A stretch of DNA of 24,032 nt from Actinomycetota bacterium (GCA_005883175.1 VAYV01000023.1:1-24032); one strand, 5' to 3'; counted from the first letter of the stretch, positions 6,804 through 16,061 are shown. Numbers and translations are program-made. The notes: a model not told the origin generated them from the sequence alone.

Positions 6804-8717
6804 GTGGCGAAAAGCGCCGAGTACACAAGCAAAGACATCCAGGTCCTCGAAGGGCTCGAAGCCGTCCGCAAGCGGCCCGGGATGTACATCGGGACGACGG
6901 GATCCAGCGGCCTGCACCACCTCGTCTACGAGGTGGTCGACAACGCGATCGATGAGGCGTTGGCGGACCGCTCGACCAAGATAGACGTCGACCTCTACGA
7001 CGACGGGAGCGTTGCCGTCAGCGACGACGGCGCCGGCATCCCGGTCACCCCGATCCCGGGGAACAAGGACAAGCGGCCTGCGCTCGAGGTCGTCATGACC
7101 GTGCTGCACGCCGGCGGGAAGTTCGGAGGCGGCGGCTACCAGGTCTCCGGAGGCTTGCACGGCGTCGGCGTGTCGGTCGTGAACGCGCTGTCCTCGAAGC
7201 TGGAGGTGGAAGTCCACCGCGACGGATACGTATGGCACGCTTCGTTCACGCGCGGCCGCACGGTGCAGAAGACGACCAAAGGCAAGCCGACCAAGCGCAC
7301 CGGGACGACCGTGCGGTTCTGGCCGGACGCCCAGATGTTCGAAGAGACGCTGGAGTTCAAGGCCGACATCCTCGCGCAGCGCCTGAAGGAGCTGGCGTAC
7401 CTCACGCGGGGGGTGACGATCACGCTCACCGACCATCGCAAGGAGCCGCCGGCCGTTCAGACGTGGAAGGCGTCGGGGGGCATCGCCGACTTCGTCAAGG
7501 CGCTCAACACCGGGCGCGAGACCCTCAACAAGGTCGTCTACATCGAAGCGAACGAAGAAGGCCGGGAGGCCGACATCGCGATCCAGTGGAACACGACCTA
7601 CAACGACTCGCTGCACTCCTTCGCGAACACGATCAACACCCACGAAGGCGGGATGCACGAGGAAGGCTTCAAGAAGGCGCTCACGAACGTCGTCAACCGG
7701 TACGCGCGCGAGAAGGGCCACCTGAAAGAGAAAGACGAGAACCTCCAGGGCGAAGACATCCGGGAGGGCATCGTCGCGATCGTAAGCGTGAAGCTCCGCG
7801 AGCCGCAGTTCGAAGGCCAGACGAAGACGAAGCTCGGCAACACCGAGATCCGCTCGTTCGTGGAGCGCGTCGTCAACGACCGGCTGCGCGACTGGTTGGA
7901 GGAGCACCCTACCGAGGCCAATCGGGTCGCGCGCAAAGGCGTCGCGGCCGCGCAGGCGCGGCAGGCAGCGAAGAAGGCGCGCGACATCGCGCGCAAGGGC
8001 GCGTTCGAGGGCGGCGGCTTGCCCGGCAAGCTCGCCGACTGCTCGTCCCGGGACCCCGACGCGACCGAGATCTTCATCGTCGAGGGAGACTCGGCGGGCG
8101 GGAGCGCAAAGGCTGCGCGGAACCGGGAGAACCAAGCGATCCTGCCGATCCGCGGCAAGATCCTGAACGTCGAGAAGGCGCGGATCGACAAGACACTCGA
8201 GAACCAAGAGATCCGTGCCCTGATCAACGCGATCGGCACCGGCATAGGCGACGAGCTCGACATGTCGAAGCGCCGCTACGGGAAGATCGTGATGCTGACC
8301 GACGCCGACGTCGACGGCGCGCACATCCGGACGCTGCTGTTGACGTTCCTCTTCCGGCACATGCGCCCCTTGATCGAAGGCGGGTACGTCTACGCGGCGA
8401 AGCCGCCGCTGTATTCGATCCGTTTCGGCGCGAGCGAGGTGCACTACGTCTTCAGCGACAAAGAGCGCGACGAGCTGATCGCTCAGAAGGGCAAGAAGCC
8501 GTCGACGCCGCCGACTCGATTCAAGGGCTTGGGTGAGATGTTCGCCGAGGAGCTGTGGGGGACGACCATGAACCCCGAGACCCGCACGTTGGTGCGCGTC
8601 TCCCTGGAGGACGCGGCCGTCGCCGACCAGATCTTCACCGTGCTGATGGGGGAAGACGTCGAAGGTAGGCGTGAGTTCATCCAAGAGAACGCGCAAGACG
8701 CGTTCGTCGATGCGTAA
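6804..8717 (+). CDS. gyrB: DNA gyrase subunit B
   Basis: LEAVRKRPGMYIG, EVVDNAIDE, SGGLHGVGVSVVNALS, IVEGDSAGGSA, MLTDADVDG and RFKGLGEM motifs; SD AGGAGA before GTG 6804. Confidence 0.98.
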   Translation: MAKSAEYTSKDIQVLEGLEAVRKRPGMYIGTTGSSGLHHLVYEVVDNAIDEALADRSTKIDVDLYDDGSVAVSDDGAGIPVTPIPGNKDKRPALEVVMTVLHAGGKFGGGGYQVSGGLHGVGVSVVNALSSKLEVEVHRDGYVWHASFTRGRTVQKTTKGKPTKRTGTTVRFWPDAQMFEETLEFKADILAQRLKELAYLTRGVTITLTDHRKEPPAVQTWKASGGIADFVKALNTGRETLNKVVYIEANEEGREADIAIQWNTTYNDSLHSFANTINTHEGGMHEEGFKKALTNVVNRYAREKGHLKEKDENLQGEDIREGIVAIVSVKLREPQFEGQTKTKLGNTEIRSFVERVVNDRLRDWLEEHPTEANRVARKGVAAAQARQAAKKARDIARKGAFEGGGLPGKLADCSSRDPDATEIFIVEGDSAGGSAKAARNRENQAILPIRGKILNVEKARIDKTLENQEIRALINAIGTGIGDELDMSKRRYGKIVMLTDADVDGAHIRTLLLTFLFRHMRPLIEGGYVYAAKPPLYSIRFGASEVHYVFSDKERDELIAQKGKKPSTPPTRFKGLGEMFAEELWGTTMNPETRTLVRVSLEDAAVADQIFTVLMGEDVEGRREFIQENAQDAFVDA

Positions 8718-8730
8718 GAGGAAACGGTAG

Positions 8731-11187
8731 ATGCCTGACGTACCACTTGAACAAAACATCGAACAGATCGAGATCGAAGAAGAGGTAAAGCGCTCATACC
8801 TCGACTACGCGATGAGCGTGATCGTCGGGCGCGCGCTGCCTGACGTGCGCGACGGCCTCAAGCCGGTGCACCGGCGCATCCTCCACTCGATGAACGAGAA
8901 CGGGCTACGCCCGGCGAGCCCGTACCGCAAGTCTGCGCGCGTCGTCGGTGACGTGATCGGTAAGTATCATCCCCACTCGCCCGACGCGGTGTACGACGCC
9001 CTCGCGCGCATGGCCCAGGACTTCGCGATGCGCGCGACGCTCGTCGACGGGCGCGGGAACTTCGGTTCGGTCGACGGCGACAAGCCGGCCGCACAGCGAT
9101 ACACCGAATGCCGCCTCGCGGCGCTCGCGATGGAGCTGCTCCGCGACATCGACGAAGAGACCGTCGAGCTCGTCCCGAACTACGACGGCGAGGAGCGCGA
9201 ACCATCCGTTCTGCCGGCGCGCTTCCCGAACATGCTCGTGAACGGCTCGACCGGCATCGCGGTCGGCATGGCGACGAACATCCCGCCACACAACCTCGGC
9301 GAGGTGATCGACGCGACGATCGCGATGATCGACACCCCGGATATCACTGCCGAGCAGCTGCTCGAGCACGTGAAGGGTCCCGACTTCCCCAACGGCGGGA
9401 TCATCATGGGCCGCCAGGGCGTGTACGACGCGTTGCTGACCGGACGGGGCTCGATCAAGGTGCGCGCGCACTGCACGGTGGAAGAGGTGCGCGGCGACCG
9501 CCAGCGGATCGTCGTCAGCGACCTGCCGTACATGGTGTCGGGGGACAGGGTGCTCGAAAAGATCGCGACCTTGGTGAAGAACAAGGTGGTCACCGGCATC
9601 CCGGCCACGCACAACGCGCTTCGGAACGAGAGCAAGAAGGAAGTGCGGCTCGTGATCGAGCTGTCGAAGGATGCGATCCCCCAGGTCGTACTCAACAACC
9701 TCTTCAAGCACACGCAGCTGCAGGACAACTTCCCCGTGAACATGCTCGCGTTGGTCGACGGGCTACAGCCGCGCGTGCTGAACATCCAGCAGATCCTCGG
9801 GCACTACATCGACCACCAGATCGAGGTCGTCACCAACCGGACGAAGTACCGCCTCCGCAAGGCCCAAGAGCGTGCGCACGTGTTGGAAGGGCTGCTCATC
9901 GCGCTGAACAACCTCGACGCCGTGATCGCGCTGATCCGCAACTCGGCGAGCGTCGACGAAGCGCGCGAAGGATTGATCGCGCAGTTCCACCTGAGCGAGA
10001 TCCAGGCCAACGCGATCCTCGACATGCAGCTGCGCCGGCTGGCCGCGCTGGAGCGCCAGAAGATCCAGGACGAACACGACGAGCTCCAGGCGCAGATCAA
10101 GGAGTTCAAGGCGATCCTGGCCGACCCGAAGAAGGTCCTCGCGCTGATCAAAGAAGAGCTCTCCGAGATCAAGGAGAAGTTCGCCCAGCCCCGGCGCACC
10201 GAGATCCAGGTCGACTCGGGCGACATCGACATCGAGGACCTGATCGCCGACGACGACGTCGTCGTCACGATCACGCGCTCGGGCTACATCAAGCGCGTGC
10301 CTGCGAACGTGTACCGGACGCAAGGGCGTGGGGGGAAGGGGATCAGAGGCGCGCGCCCGAAGCAAGACGACATCGTCGCGCACCTGCTGACCACGTCGAA
10401 CCACGCGTACGTGCTGTTCTTCTCCAACCGCGGCAAGGTGTACCGCATCAAGGCGCACGAGATCCCCGAGAAGGATCGCACCGCGCGCGGGATCTCGATC
10501 CGGAACCTGCTGCCGTTGCAGAGCGACGAGTCGATCGCAGCGGTGATCGACACCCGTGACTACGAGACGCATCGGTTCCTCGTCATCGCGACGAAGCGCG
10601 GCATTATCAAGAAAACCGCGTTCCAGGCGTACGATTCGTCGCGGCGCGACGGTATCATCGCGATCAAGCTGCGGCAGGACGACGAAGTGATGCAGGTGCG
10701 CGCGACGTCGGGTGAGAACGAGCTGATCATGGTGTCCCGCAAGGGCCAGGCGATCATCTTCAACGAGAGCGAGGTCCGCCCGATGGGCCGGGACGCCCAA
10801 GGCGTGGTCGGCATGAAGTTCAAGGCCGAGGACTGGCTCGAGGCCTTCGACGTCGTCGACCCCGACGCCGAGGTCCTCGTCGTTACCGACGCCGGCTACG
10901 GCAAACGGACGCTGCTTAACAAATACCCTCGCCACCACCGCGGTGGGCAGGGTGTGAAAACGGTCGAGCTGACCCCGCGACGCGGGTTCGTCGCCGGCGC
11001 CGCCGTCGTTCGGCCCGAGAACGAGATGTTCCTGATCGCGTCCGATGGGCAGGTCATCCGCATCCCTTGTCGCGACATCTCGCGCCAGGGCAGGGCCACG
11101 ACCGGCGTCCGCGTGATGCGGCTCGAGCCCGGACAGGAGCTGGTCGCGATGGCGAAGGTCATGACAGACGAGGAAGAGGCCGAGTAG
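8731..11187 (+). CDS. gyrA: DNA gyrase subunit A (818 aa) with an atypical QRDR
   Basis: RALPDVRDGLKPVHRRIL, catalytic AAQRYTE, GyrA-box QGRGGKG and C-terminal pinwheel repeats; no intein. Confidence 0.98.
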   Translation: MPDVPLEQNIEQIEIEEEVKRSYLDYAMSVIVGRALPDVRDGLKPVHRRILHSMNENGLRPASPYRKSARVVGDVIGKYHPHSPDAVYDALARMAQDFAMRATLVDGRGNFGSVDGDKPAAQRYTECRLAALAMELLRDIDEETVELVPNYDGEEREPSVLPARFPNMLVNGSTGIAVGMATNIPPHNLGEVIDATIAMIDTPDITAEQLLEHVKGPDFPNGGIIMGRQGVYDALLTGRGSIKVRAHCTVEEVRGDRQRIVVSDLPYMVSGDRVLEKIATLVKNKVVTGIPATHNALRNESKKEVRLVIELSKDAIPQVVLNNLFKHTQLQDNFPVNMLALVDGLQPRVLNIQQILGHYIDHQIEVVTNRTKYRLRKAQERAHVLEGLLIALNNLDAVIALIRNSASVDEAREGLIAQFHLSEIQANAILDMQLRRLAALERQKIQDEHDELQAQIKEFKAILADPKKVLALIKEELSEIKEKFAQPRRTEIQVDSGDIDIEDLIADDDVVVTITRSGYIKRVPANVYRTQGRGGKGIRGARPKQDDIVAHLLTTSNHAYVLFFSNRGKVYRIKAHEIPEKDRTARGISIRNLLPLQSDESIAAVIDTRDYETHRFLVIATKRGIIKKTAFQAYDSSRRDGIIAIKLRQDDEVMQVRATSGENELIMVSRKGQAIIFNESEVRPMGRDAQGVVGMKFKAEDWLEAFDVVDPDAEVLVVTDAGYGKRTLLNKYPRHHRGGQGVKTVELTPRRGFVAGAAVVRPENEMFLIASDGQVIRIPCRDISRQGRATTGVRVMRLEPGQELVAMAKVMTDEEEAE

Positions 11188-11231
11188 CGGGGTTGATGCT
11201 CCGAGAGCCGGGGCACTATACAGTCGTGATC

Positions 11232-11681
11232 GTGGATCAAGCGGGAAAGGATCCTCAGACCGGCCAAGCCGAGCCGATCGGCGGTGCTCCCACGCGCGCG
11301 CTCACGCGGGAACCCAAGTCGGCAGTGCAAGTCCGGCGCTTGCGGCGCGGGCGCCTGGCGGTCCGGAAGATCGATCCGGGCGCCGTCCTGAAGTTCTCCT
11401 TGGTGTTCTACTTCTGCATGCTGCTCATCATGATGCTGGCGACCGCGATCATCTTCGCGTTCCTGAAGGCGTTCGGCGTGATCGCCAACATCGAGAAGCT
11501 GTTCCAAGACCTCGACTTCCACGTCTCGATCACCGGCGGCTTCATCCTTCGCTGGTTCTTCCTCATCGGACTCGCCGGCACGATCGTGGCAACCGCGGTG
11601 ACCGTCTTTATGGCGTTCCTGTACAACCTGATCGCCGATGTCGTCGGCGGGATCGAGCTGCTCGTTACCGAGCGCGAGTAA
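11232..11681 (+). CDS. DUF3566 membrane protein
   Basis: RLAVRKIDPGAVLKFSLVFYF plus hydrophobic helices, LYNLIADVVGGIE; canonical position after gyrA in Actinomycetota. Start uncertain (11196, 11226 or 11232); TACAGT at 11219-11224 favours a leaderless GTG at 11232. Confidence 0.85.
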   Translation: MDQAGKDPQTGQAEPIGGAPTRALTREPKSAVQVRRLRRGRLAVRKIDPGAVLKFSLVFYFCMLLIMMLATAIIFAFLKAFGVIANIEKLFQDLDFHVSITGGFILRWFFLIGLAGTIVATAVTVFMAFLYNLIADVVGGIELLVTERE

Positions 11682-11724
11682 GCGCCTCAAGCACGCTGGA
11701 CCCCGTGGTACCCTTCCCCGTCGC

Positions 11725-11798
<74 letters not shown>

Positions 11799-11885
11799 CT
11801 GCCTTTTTCTGGTCTTTCCTGCCCTTGTTGTGCGCGCGCCGCACGGACTAATATCGCTCGAGGCTGACCTGCAGGGGAGGGAACC

Positions 11886-12032
11886 GTGGCGAAAGACAAG
11901 GAAGGCAAGCGGTCGAAGAAGGGGATCCTTGCTCTGCTGCTCGCTGCTGTTGGCGCGGTCGCGATGATCGCGAAGCGGCGCAAGGGCGGCGAAGAGGCGG
12001 GCTGGGAAGAGGCGAAGACCGACGTCTCGTAG
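11886..12032 (+). CDS. Small single-TM protein, DLW-39-family-like (48 aa)
   Basis: Missed by the ORF track. SD GGAGGG then GTG; MAKDKEGKRSKKGILALLLAAVGAVAMIAKRRKGGEEAGWEEAKTDVS; sits between tRNA-Ile and tRNA-Ala, as DLW-39 proteins typically do. Confidence 0.75.
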   Translation: MAKDKEGKRSKKGILALLLAAVGAVAMIAKRRKGGEEAGWEEAKTDVS

Positions 12033-12047
12033 CTCCGTCTGAAGCGT

Positions 12048-12080
12048 AGAAGCGCGCGGCGGGCCGCGCGCTTCTGCTTT
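12048..12080 (+). terminator. Intrinsic terminator-like hairpin
   Basis: Perfect 12-bp stem AGAAGCGCGCGG/CCGCGCGCTTCT with a 4-nt loop, followed by GCTTT. Confidence 0.7.
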
Positions 12081-12101
12081 GCGGCCTAGAATCGTGCGCG
12101 C

Positions 12102-12174
12102 GGGGACGTAGCTCAGCTGGTAGAGCACCGGCTTTGCAAGCCGGGGGTCGTGGGTTCGAGTCCCATCGTCTCCA
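12102..12174 (+). tRNA. tRNA-Ala(TGC), CCA not encoded
   Basis: Acceptor GGGGACG/CGTCTCC with G3:U70, anticodon TGC, GTTCGAG T-loop; its own -10 TAGAAT at 12087-12092. Confidence 0.97.
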
Positions 12175-12245
12175 CAGCACGGGTAAGAAACGCTCCTCAC
12201 CCAGCGGGAGGTTTGGCCTCAGCGCTGCCTCGCCATAATTCGGCT

Positions 12246-12572
12246 ATGGCCAATCGAGAAGAACGTCTGGCGCGCAACGAGGCCGCGGCGCGCGACATCA
12301 ACGAGCGCCTCGAAGAGGCGCATCCCACCGAGTCAGGCCGGTACATCCGCATGATCTGCGAGTGCGGTCGCGACGTCTGCGACCGCGTCGTTGCGATCAC
12401 GCCGCAGGAGTACGAGGAGATCCGCAGCGATCCGATCCAGTTCGTCGTCGTCCACGATCACGTTATCGGCGACGTCGAGCGCGTCGTTCTCGAGACGGAC
12501 CGTTTCGCCGTCGTTGCGAAGCGCGAGGGGATGCCGGCAGAGGCTGCCGTGCAGGAAGACCCGCTCAGCTAG
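12246..12572 (+). CDS. Uncharacterised 108-aa protein with CEC-x3-C and HxH motifs
   Basis: MANREERLARNEAAARDINERL...MICECGRDVC...EYEEIR...FVVVHDH...VERVV; -10 CATAAT (12234-12239) six nt before the ATG suggests a leaderless mRNA. Confidence 0.8.
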   Translation: MANREERLARNEAAARDINERLEEAHPTESGRYIRMICECGRDVCDRVVAITPQEYEEIRSDPIQFVVVHDHVIGDVERVVLETDRFAVVAKREGMPAEAAVQEDPLS

Positions 12573-12994
12573 TTATCGGCGCGCCCCGGAGAAACGTCGA
12601 GCTGAAACCAATAGCGTCCCGGCATCGAACCCCAACGCGAGGCGATGTGGTCGACGAGGTACAAGCCCCAGCCGGACTCCGCGCCGGGCGATGGGCGGAT
12701 AGAGCCGGCCAGGGGGCGCAGCGGAGTTTGCGACCCGTCGAAGACGTCGACGCGAAGGGTCGTCCCCGATAGGGAGCAGGTGACCTTGATCTCGTCGAAG
12801 CGGGAGAGCCCGGCGTGGCGGATGCTGTTAGACACCAACTCCGAAGCGAGGAGCTGAGCTTCCTCCAAGGCGGCTTGCGGCAAGTCCAGGTCTTCGAGCG
12901 CGCGCCGGACGACACTACCGATCCGACGCGACGGAGGAAGGGCCAACTCGAACGAGTGTGCTCCTGCTGGCTGCGTGTTCCTCGGCCCCCTCAT
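12569..12994 (-). CDS. RsbW-like ATP-binding protein (HATPase_c_2; anti-sigma/Ser-Thr kinase type)
   Basis: LLASELVSNSIRHA (N box), LRVDVFDG, ESGWGLYLVDHIASRWG (G2 box). Confidence 0.88.
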   Translation of the reverse strand: MRGPRNTQPAGAHSFELALPPSRRIGSVVRRALEDLDLPQAALEEAQLLASELVSNSIRHAGLSRFDEIKVTCSLSGTTLRVDVFDGSQTPLRPLAGSIRPSPGAESGWGLYLVDHIASRWGSMPGRYWFQLDVSPGRADN

Positions 12995-13071
12995 CGCAAT
13001 GTTCTTTCCCTTCTGCGGACCTTTCAACCCGGGTAGCCTGGAGGCTCAACCCACAGGGTGAAGGAGGCCTC

Positions 13072-14766
13072 GTGGCATCGTCGCCGTCCGACGCAGACGT
13101 CGTCGTCATAGGCTCCGGCTTCGGCGGAAGCGTCGCCGCGCTTCGATTGACCGAGAAGGGCTACCGGGTCGCCGTTCTTGAGGCCGGCCGGCGCTTCGAC
13201 GAGTCCACCTACCCCAAGACTTCGTGGCGCGTTCGCTCGTTCTTCTGGGCGCCGAAGCTGGGGTGCTTCGGGATGCAACGCATCTCACTGCTGAAGGACG
13301 TGATGATCCTGTCGGGTGCAGGCGTCGGGGGCGGATCTCTCGTGTACGCGAACACGTTGTACGAGCCGCTCGATCCCTTCTATTCCGATCCGCAGTGGGC
13401 TCACATCACCGACTGGCGCGCGGAGCTCGCGCCCTACTACGACCAAGCGAAAAGGATGCTCGGCGTCGTTCCCAACCCGACGATCACGCCGTCGGACGAA
13501 GTGATGAAAGACGTCGCCGAGGATATGGGCGTCGGCGACACGTTCCACCCGACGCCGGTGGGTGTCTTCTTCGGTGCGCCGGGCGTCGAGGTCGACGACC
13601 CGTTCTTCGGCGGCGCCGGACCGAAACGCAAAGGTTGTATCCAGTGCGGCGAGTGCATGACGGGGTGCCGGCACGGCGCCAAGAACACGCTGCTCAAGAA
13701 CTATCTGTATCTCGCGGAGAAGGCCGGTGCGGTCGTGTATCCGATGACGACCGTTCGTACGGTGCGGCCCGACGGCGACGGATACGTTGTCGAGACCGTC
13801 GCGACCGGTGGCCGCGAACGCAAGAGTCTCCGCGCGCGCAACGTGATCTTCGCCGCAGGAACGATGGGCACGCAGAAGCTCTTGCATCGGATGCGCGACG
13901 AGGGACACTTGCCGAAGCTGTCCCGGCGACTCGGGGAGCTCACGCGCACGAACTCGGAGGCGATCCTCGGCGCGCGCACGTTCCGCAAGGACGCAGACTT
14001 CACGAAGGGTGTCGCGATCACGTCGTCGTTCCATCCCGACGCCGACACACACATCGAACCGGTGCGTTACGGCAAGCGGAGCAATGCGATGGGCTTGTTG
14101 ACGACGGCCCTCGCAGACGGTGGGAAGGGTGTGCGGTTCTTCACCTGGGTGAAAGAGGTCGCGCGCCATCCGGTACAGTTCGCGCGCAACGTGAGCATGA
14201 AGCGCTGGTCCGAGCAGACGATCATCGCCCTCGTGATGCAGACGCGAGACAACTCGATCACGTGCTACACGAAACGTGGTCTGTTCGGGCGCAAGCTCAC
14301 GTCGAAGCAGGGGCACGGCGAGCCGAACCCCACGTGGATCCCGGCCGGGCACGACGCGGTACGGCGGATGGCGAAGCGCATCGACGGCTTCCCCGGTGGC
14401 GGCTGGAACGACGTGTTCAACGTCCCGATGACCGCGCACTTCCTCGGCGGTGTCGTGATCGGCGACTCCGCCGATACCGGCGTCATCGACCCCTACCACC
14501 GCGTCTACAACTACCCGGGCCTGCACGTCGTCGACGGGTCCGCGATGTCGGCGAATCTGGGCGTGAATCCCTCGCTGACCATCACCGCGCAGGCCGAGCG
14601 CGCGATGGCGTTCTGGCCGAACAAGGCGGAAGCGGACGCGCGCCCGCCCCTCGGTTCGGCGTATGTTGGCCTCGAACCGGCCGAACCGCGGTCGCCGGTG
14701 GTGCCACAGTCGGCACCCGGCGCCCTCCGTTTGCCGCTCGTTCGCCGGCCACAAGGAGGCTCGTGA
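13072..14766 (+). CDS. choD: ChoD-type GMC oxidoreductase (cholesterol oxidase family)
   Basis: VVVIGSGFGGSVAALRLTEKGY, GAGVGGGSLVYANTLY, CIQCGECMTGC, TAHFLGG and NLGVNPSLTITA motifs; SD AAGGAGG before GTG 13072. Confidence 0.9.
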   Translation: MASSPSDADVVVIGSGFGGSVAALRLTEKGYRVAVLEAGRRFDESTYPKTSWRVRSFFWAPKLGCFGMQRISLLKDVMILSGAGVGGGSLVYANTLYEPLDPFYSDPQWAHITDWRAELAPYYDQAKRMLGVVPNPTITPSDEVMKDVAEDMGVGDTFHPTPVGVFFGAPGVEVDDPFFGGAGPKRKGCIQCGECMTGCRHGAKNTLLKNYLYLAEKAGAVVYPMTTVRTVRPDGDGYVVETVATGGRERKSLRARNVIFAAGTMGTQKLLHRMRDEGHLPKLSRRLGELTRTNSEAILGARTFRKDADFTKGVAITSSFHPDADTHIEPVRYGKRSNAMGLLTTALADGGKGVRFFTWVKEVARHPVQFARNVSMKRWSEQTIIALVMQTRDNSITCYTKRGLFGRKLTSKQGHGEPNPTWIPAGHDAVRRMAKRIDGFPGGGWNDVFNVPMTAHFLGGVVIGDSADTGVIDPYHRVYNYPGLHVVDGSAMSANLGVNPSLTITAQAERAMAFWPNKAEADARPPLGSAYVGLEPAEPRSPVVPQSAPGALRLPLVRRPQGGS

Positions 14767-16058
14767 TGAGCGAGATACCGAAGCTGGTTGCGAAGCTGCG
14801 TGACACGTTCGACTCGGGGCACACGCGTCCGCACGCGTGGCGCAAGCAGCAGCTGAAGCAGATGAAAGCGCTACTGCGCGAGGGCGAAGATGAGCTTGCG
14901 CGCGCGCTGCAAGAAGACCTCGGCAAAGCGCCGATCGAAGCGTGGGCCACGGAGCTGAACCTCGTTTCGCGCGAGATCGACCACATGCTTTCGAAGCTCG
15001 ACGCGTGGGCGAAGCCCCGTCGCGTGCACGTACCGATCCAGCTGCAACCGGCGAAAGCGCGCATCATCCCCGAGCCGCTCGGTGTCGTGCTGGTGATCGC
15101 GCCGTGGAACTATCCGGTGCAATTGCAGCTTCTCCCGATCGCGTCGGCGATCGCGGCCGGCAACGCAGTGATCGGGAAGCCGTCCGAGCTGGCGCCGGCA
15201 ACGTCTGCCGCGATGGCGCGCTTGGTCGCGAACTACATGGATCCCGACGCGGCCGCGATCGTCGAGGGTGCGGCGGAGGAAACGCAGGCGCTCCTCGGGA
15301 AGAGTCCGGCGATCATCGATCGCAATGTCGACCTCGACGGCGCCGCGCGCCGCGTGGTGTACGGCAAGTTCGTCAACACGGGCCAGACGTGTGTCGCGCC
15401 CGATTACATCTTGGTGGACCAATCCGTCGAGCGACCCTTCGTCGACCGTCTCGTCGCGAACCTAAAGACCTTCTACGGCGACGATCCGAAGGCCAGCAAG
15501 GACTACGGGAAGATCGTCAACGACCGGCACTTCGGGCGCCTGGTCGGGCTGCTCGAAGCGGGTGGGTACCAAGAGACCGTCACCGGCGGGAAAGACAAGG
15601 CCGATGCGAGCGCGCGTTACATGCCGCCCACGATCCTGCGTGGCGTCGATCCCAACGCGAGAGTCATGCAAGAGGAGATCTTCGGTCCGATCTTGCCGGT
15701 GATCCCCGTCCCCGACGTCGACGCTGCGATCTCGTTCGTGAACGCTCGCGAGAAGCCGCTCTCCTTGTACGTGTTCTCGAAGGACAAGTCGGCGGCGAAC
15801 AAGGTCCTGCGACGCACGTCGTCCGGATCAGCCTGCGTGAATACCGCGATCATCCATCTGGCCGTGCCGGATCTCCCCTTCGGTGGCGTGGGGGAGAGCG
15901 GCATGGGCGCGTACCACGGCCGCCGTGGCTTCGACACGTTCAGCCACTTGAAGAGCGTGCTCGATAAGCCGACGAAGCCGGACCCGCCATTGCTGTACCC
16001 GCCATACAAGAAGGTTCGCGAGCGGCTGCTCCGGCGGATCTTGAAAGCGCGCGGCTGA
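14766..16058 (+). CDS. Aldehyde dehydrogenase (ALDH3/CALDH-like) with an apparent in-frame internal deletion
   Basis: IAPWNYP, KPSE, NTGQTCVAPDY (catalytic Cys), EEIFGP and PFGGVGESG motifs; ATG overlaps the choD stop. The FTG...TLELG segment is absent at ~15296. Confidence 0.9.
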   Translation: MSEIPKLVAKLRDTFDSGHTRPHAWRKQQLKQMKALLREGEDELARALQEDLGKAPIEAWATELNLVSREIDHMLSKLDAWAKPRRVHVPIQLQPAKARIIPEPLGVVLVIAPWNYPVQLQLLPIASAIAAGNAVIGKPSELAPATSAAMARLVANYMDPDAAAIVEGAAEETQALLGKSPAIIDRNVDLDGAARRVVYGKFVNTGQTCVAPDYILVDQSVERPFVDRLVANLKTFYGDDPKASKDYGKIVNDRHFGRLVGLLEAGGYQETVTGGKDKADASARYMPPTILRGVDPNARVMQEEIFGPILPVIPVPDVDAAISFVNAREKPLSLYVFSKDKSAANKVLRRTSSGSACVNTAIIHLAVPDLPFGGVGESGMGAYHGRRGFDTFSHLKSVLDKPTKPDPPLLYPPYKKVRERLLRRILKARG

Positions 16059-16061
16059 GCG

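Noticed and set aside
6636-8759. 707-aa antisense ORF, and similar long shadow ORFs (2091-3335, 9108-10559, 9763-10938, 13285-14754)
   Set aside because: They overlap well-conserved genes antisense or out of frame, have Arg/Gly/Ala-rich composition with no motifs, and are expected from GC3 bias in high-GC DNA.
9090-9130. Intein at the GyrA catalytic tyrosine, as in some mycobacteria
   Set aside because: RYTECRL is contiguous, and both gyrase subunits have normal lengths.
12102-13070. Possible genomic island integrated at tRNA-Ala
   Set aside because: No integrase, no duplicated tRNA 3' end (TCCCATCGTCTCCA) seen downstream, and no obvious compositional shift.
13224-16058. Apparent 944-aa fusion ORF ending in an aldehyde dehydrogenase
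   Set aside because: The first ~514 codons are an off-frame read of choD. The true aldh start is ATG 14766 with an SD (GGAGG), overlapping the choD stop.
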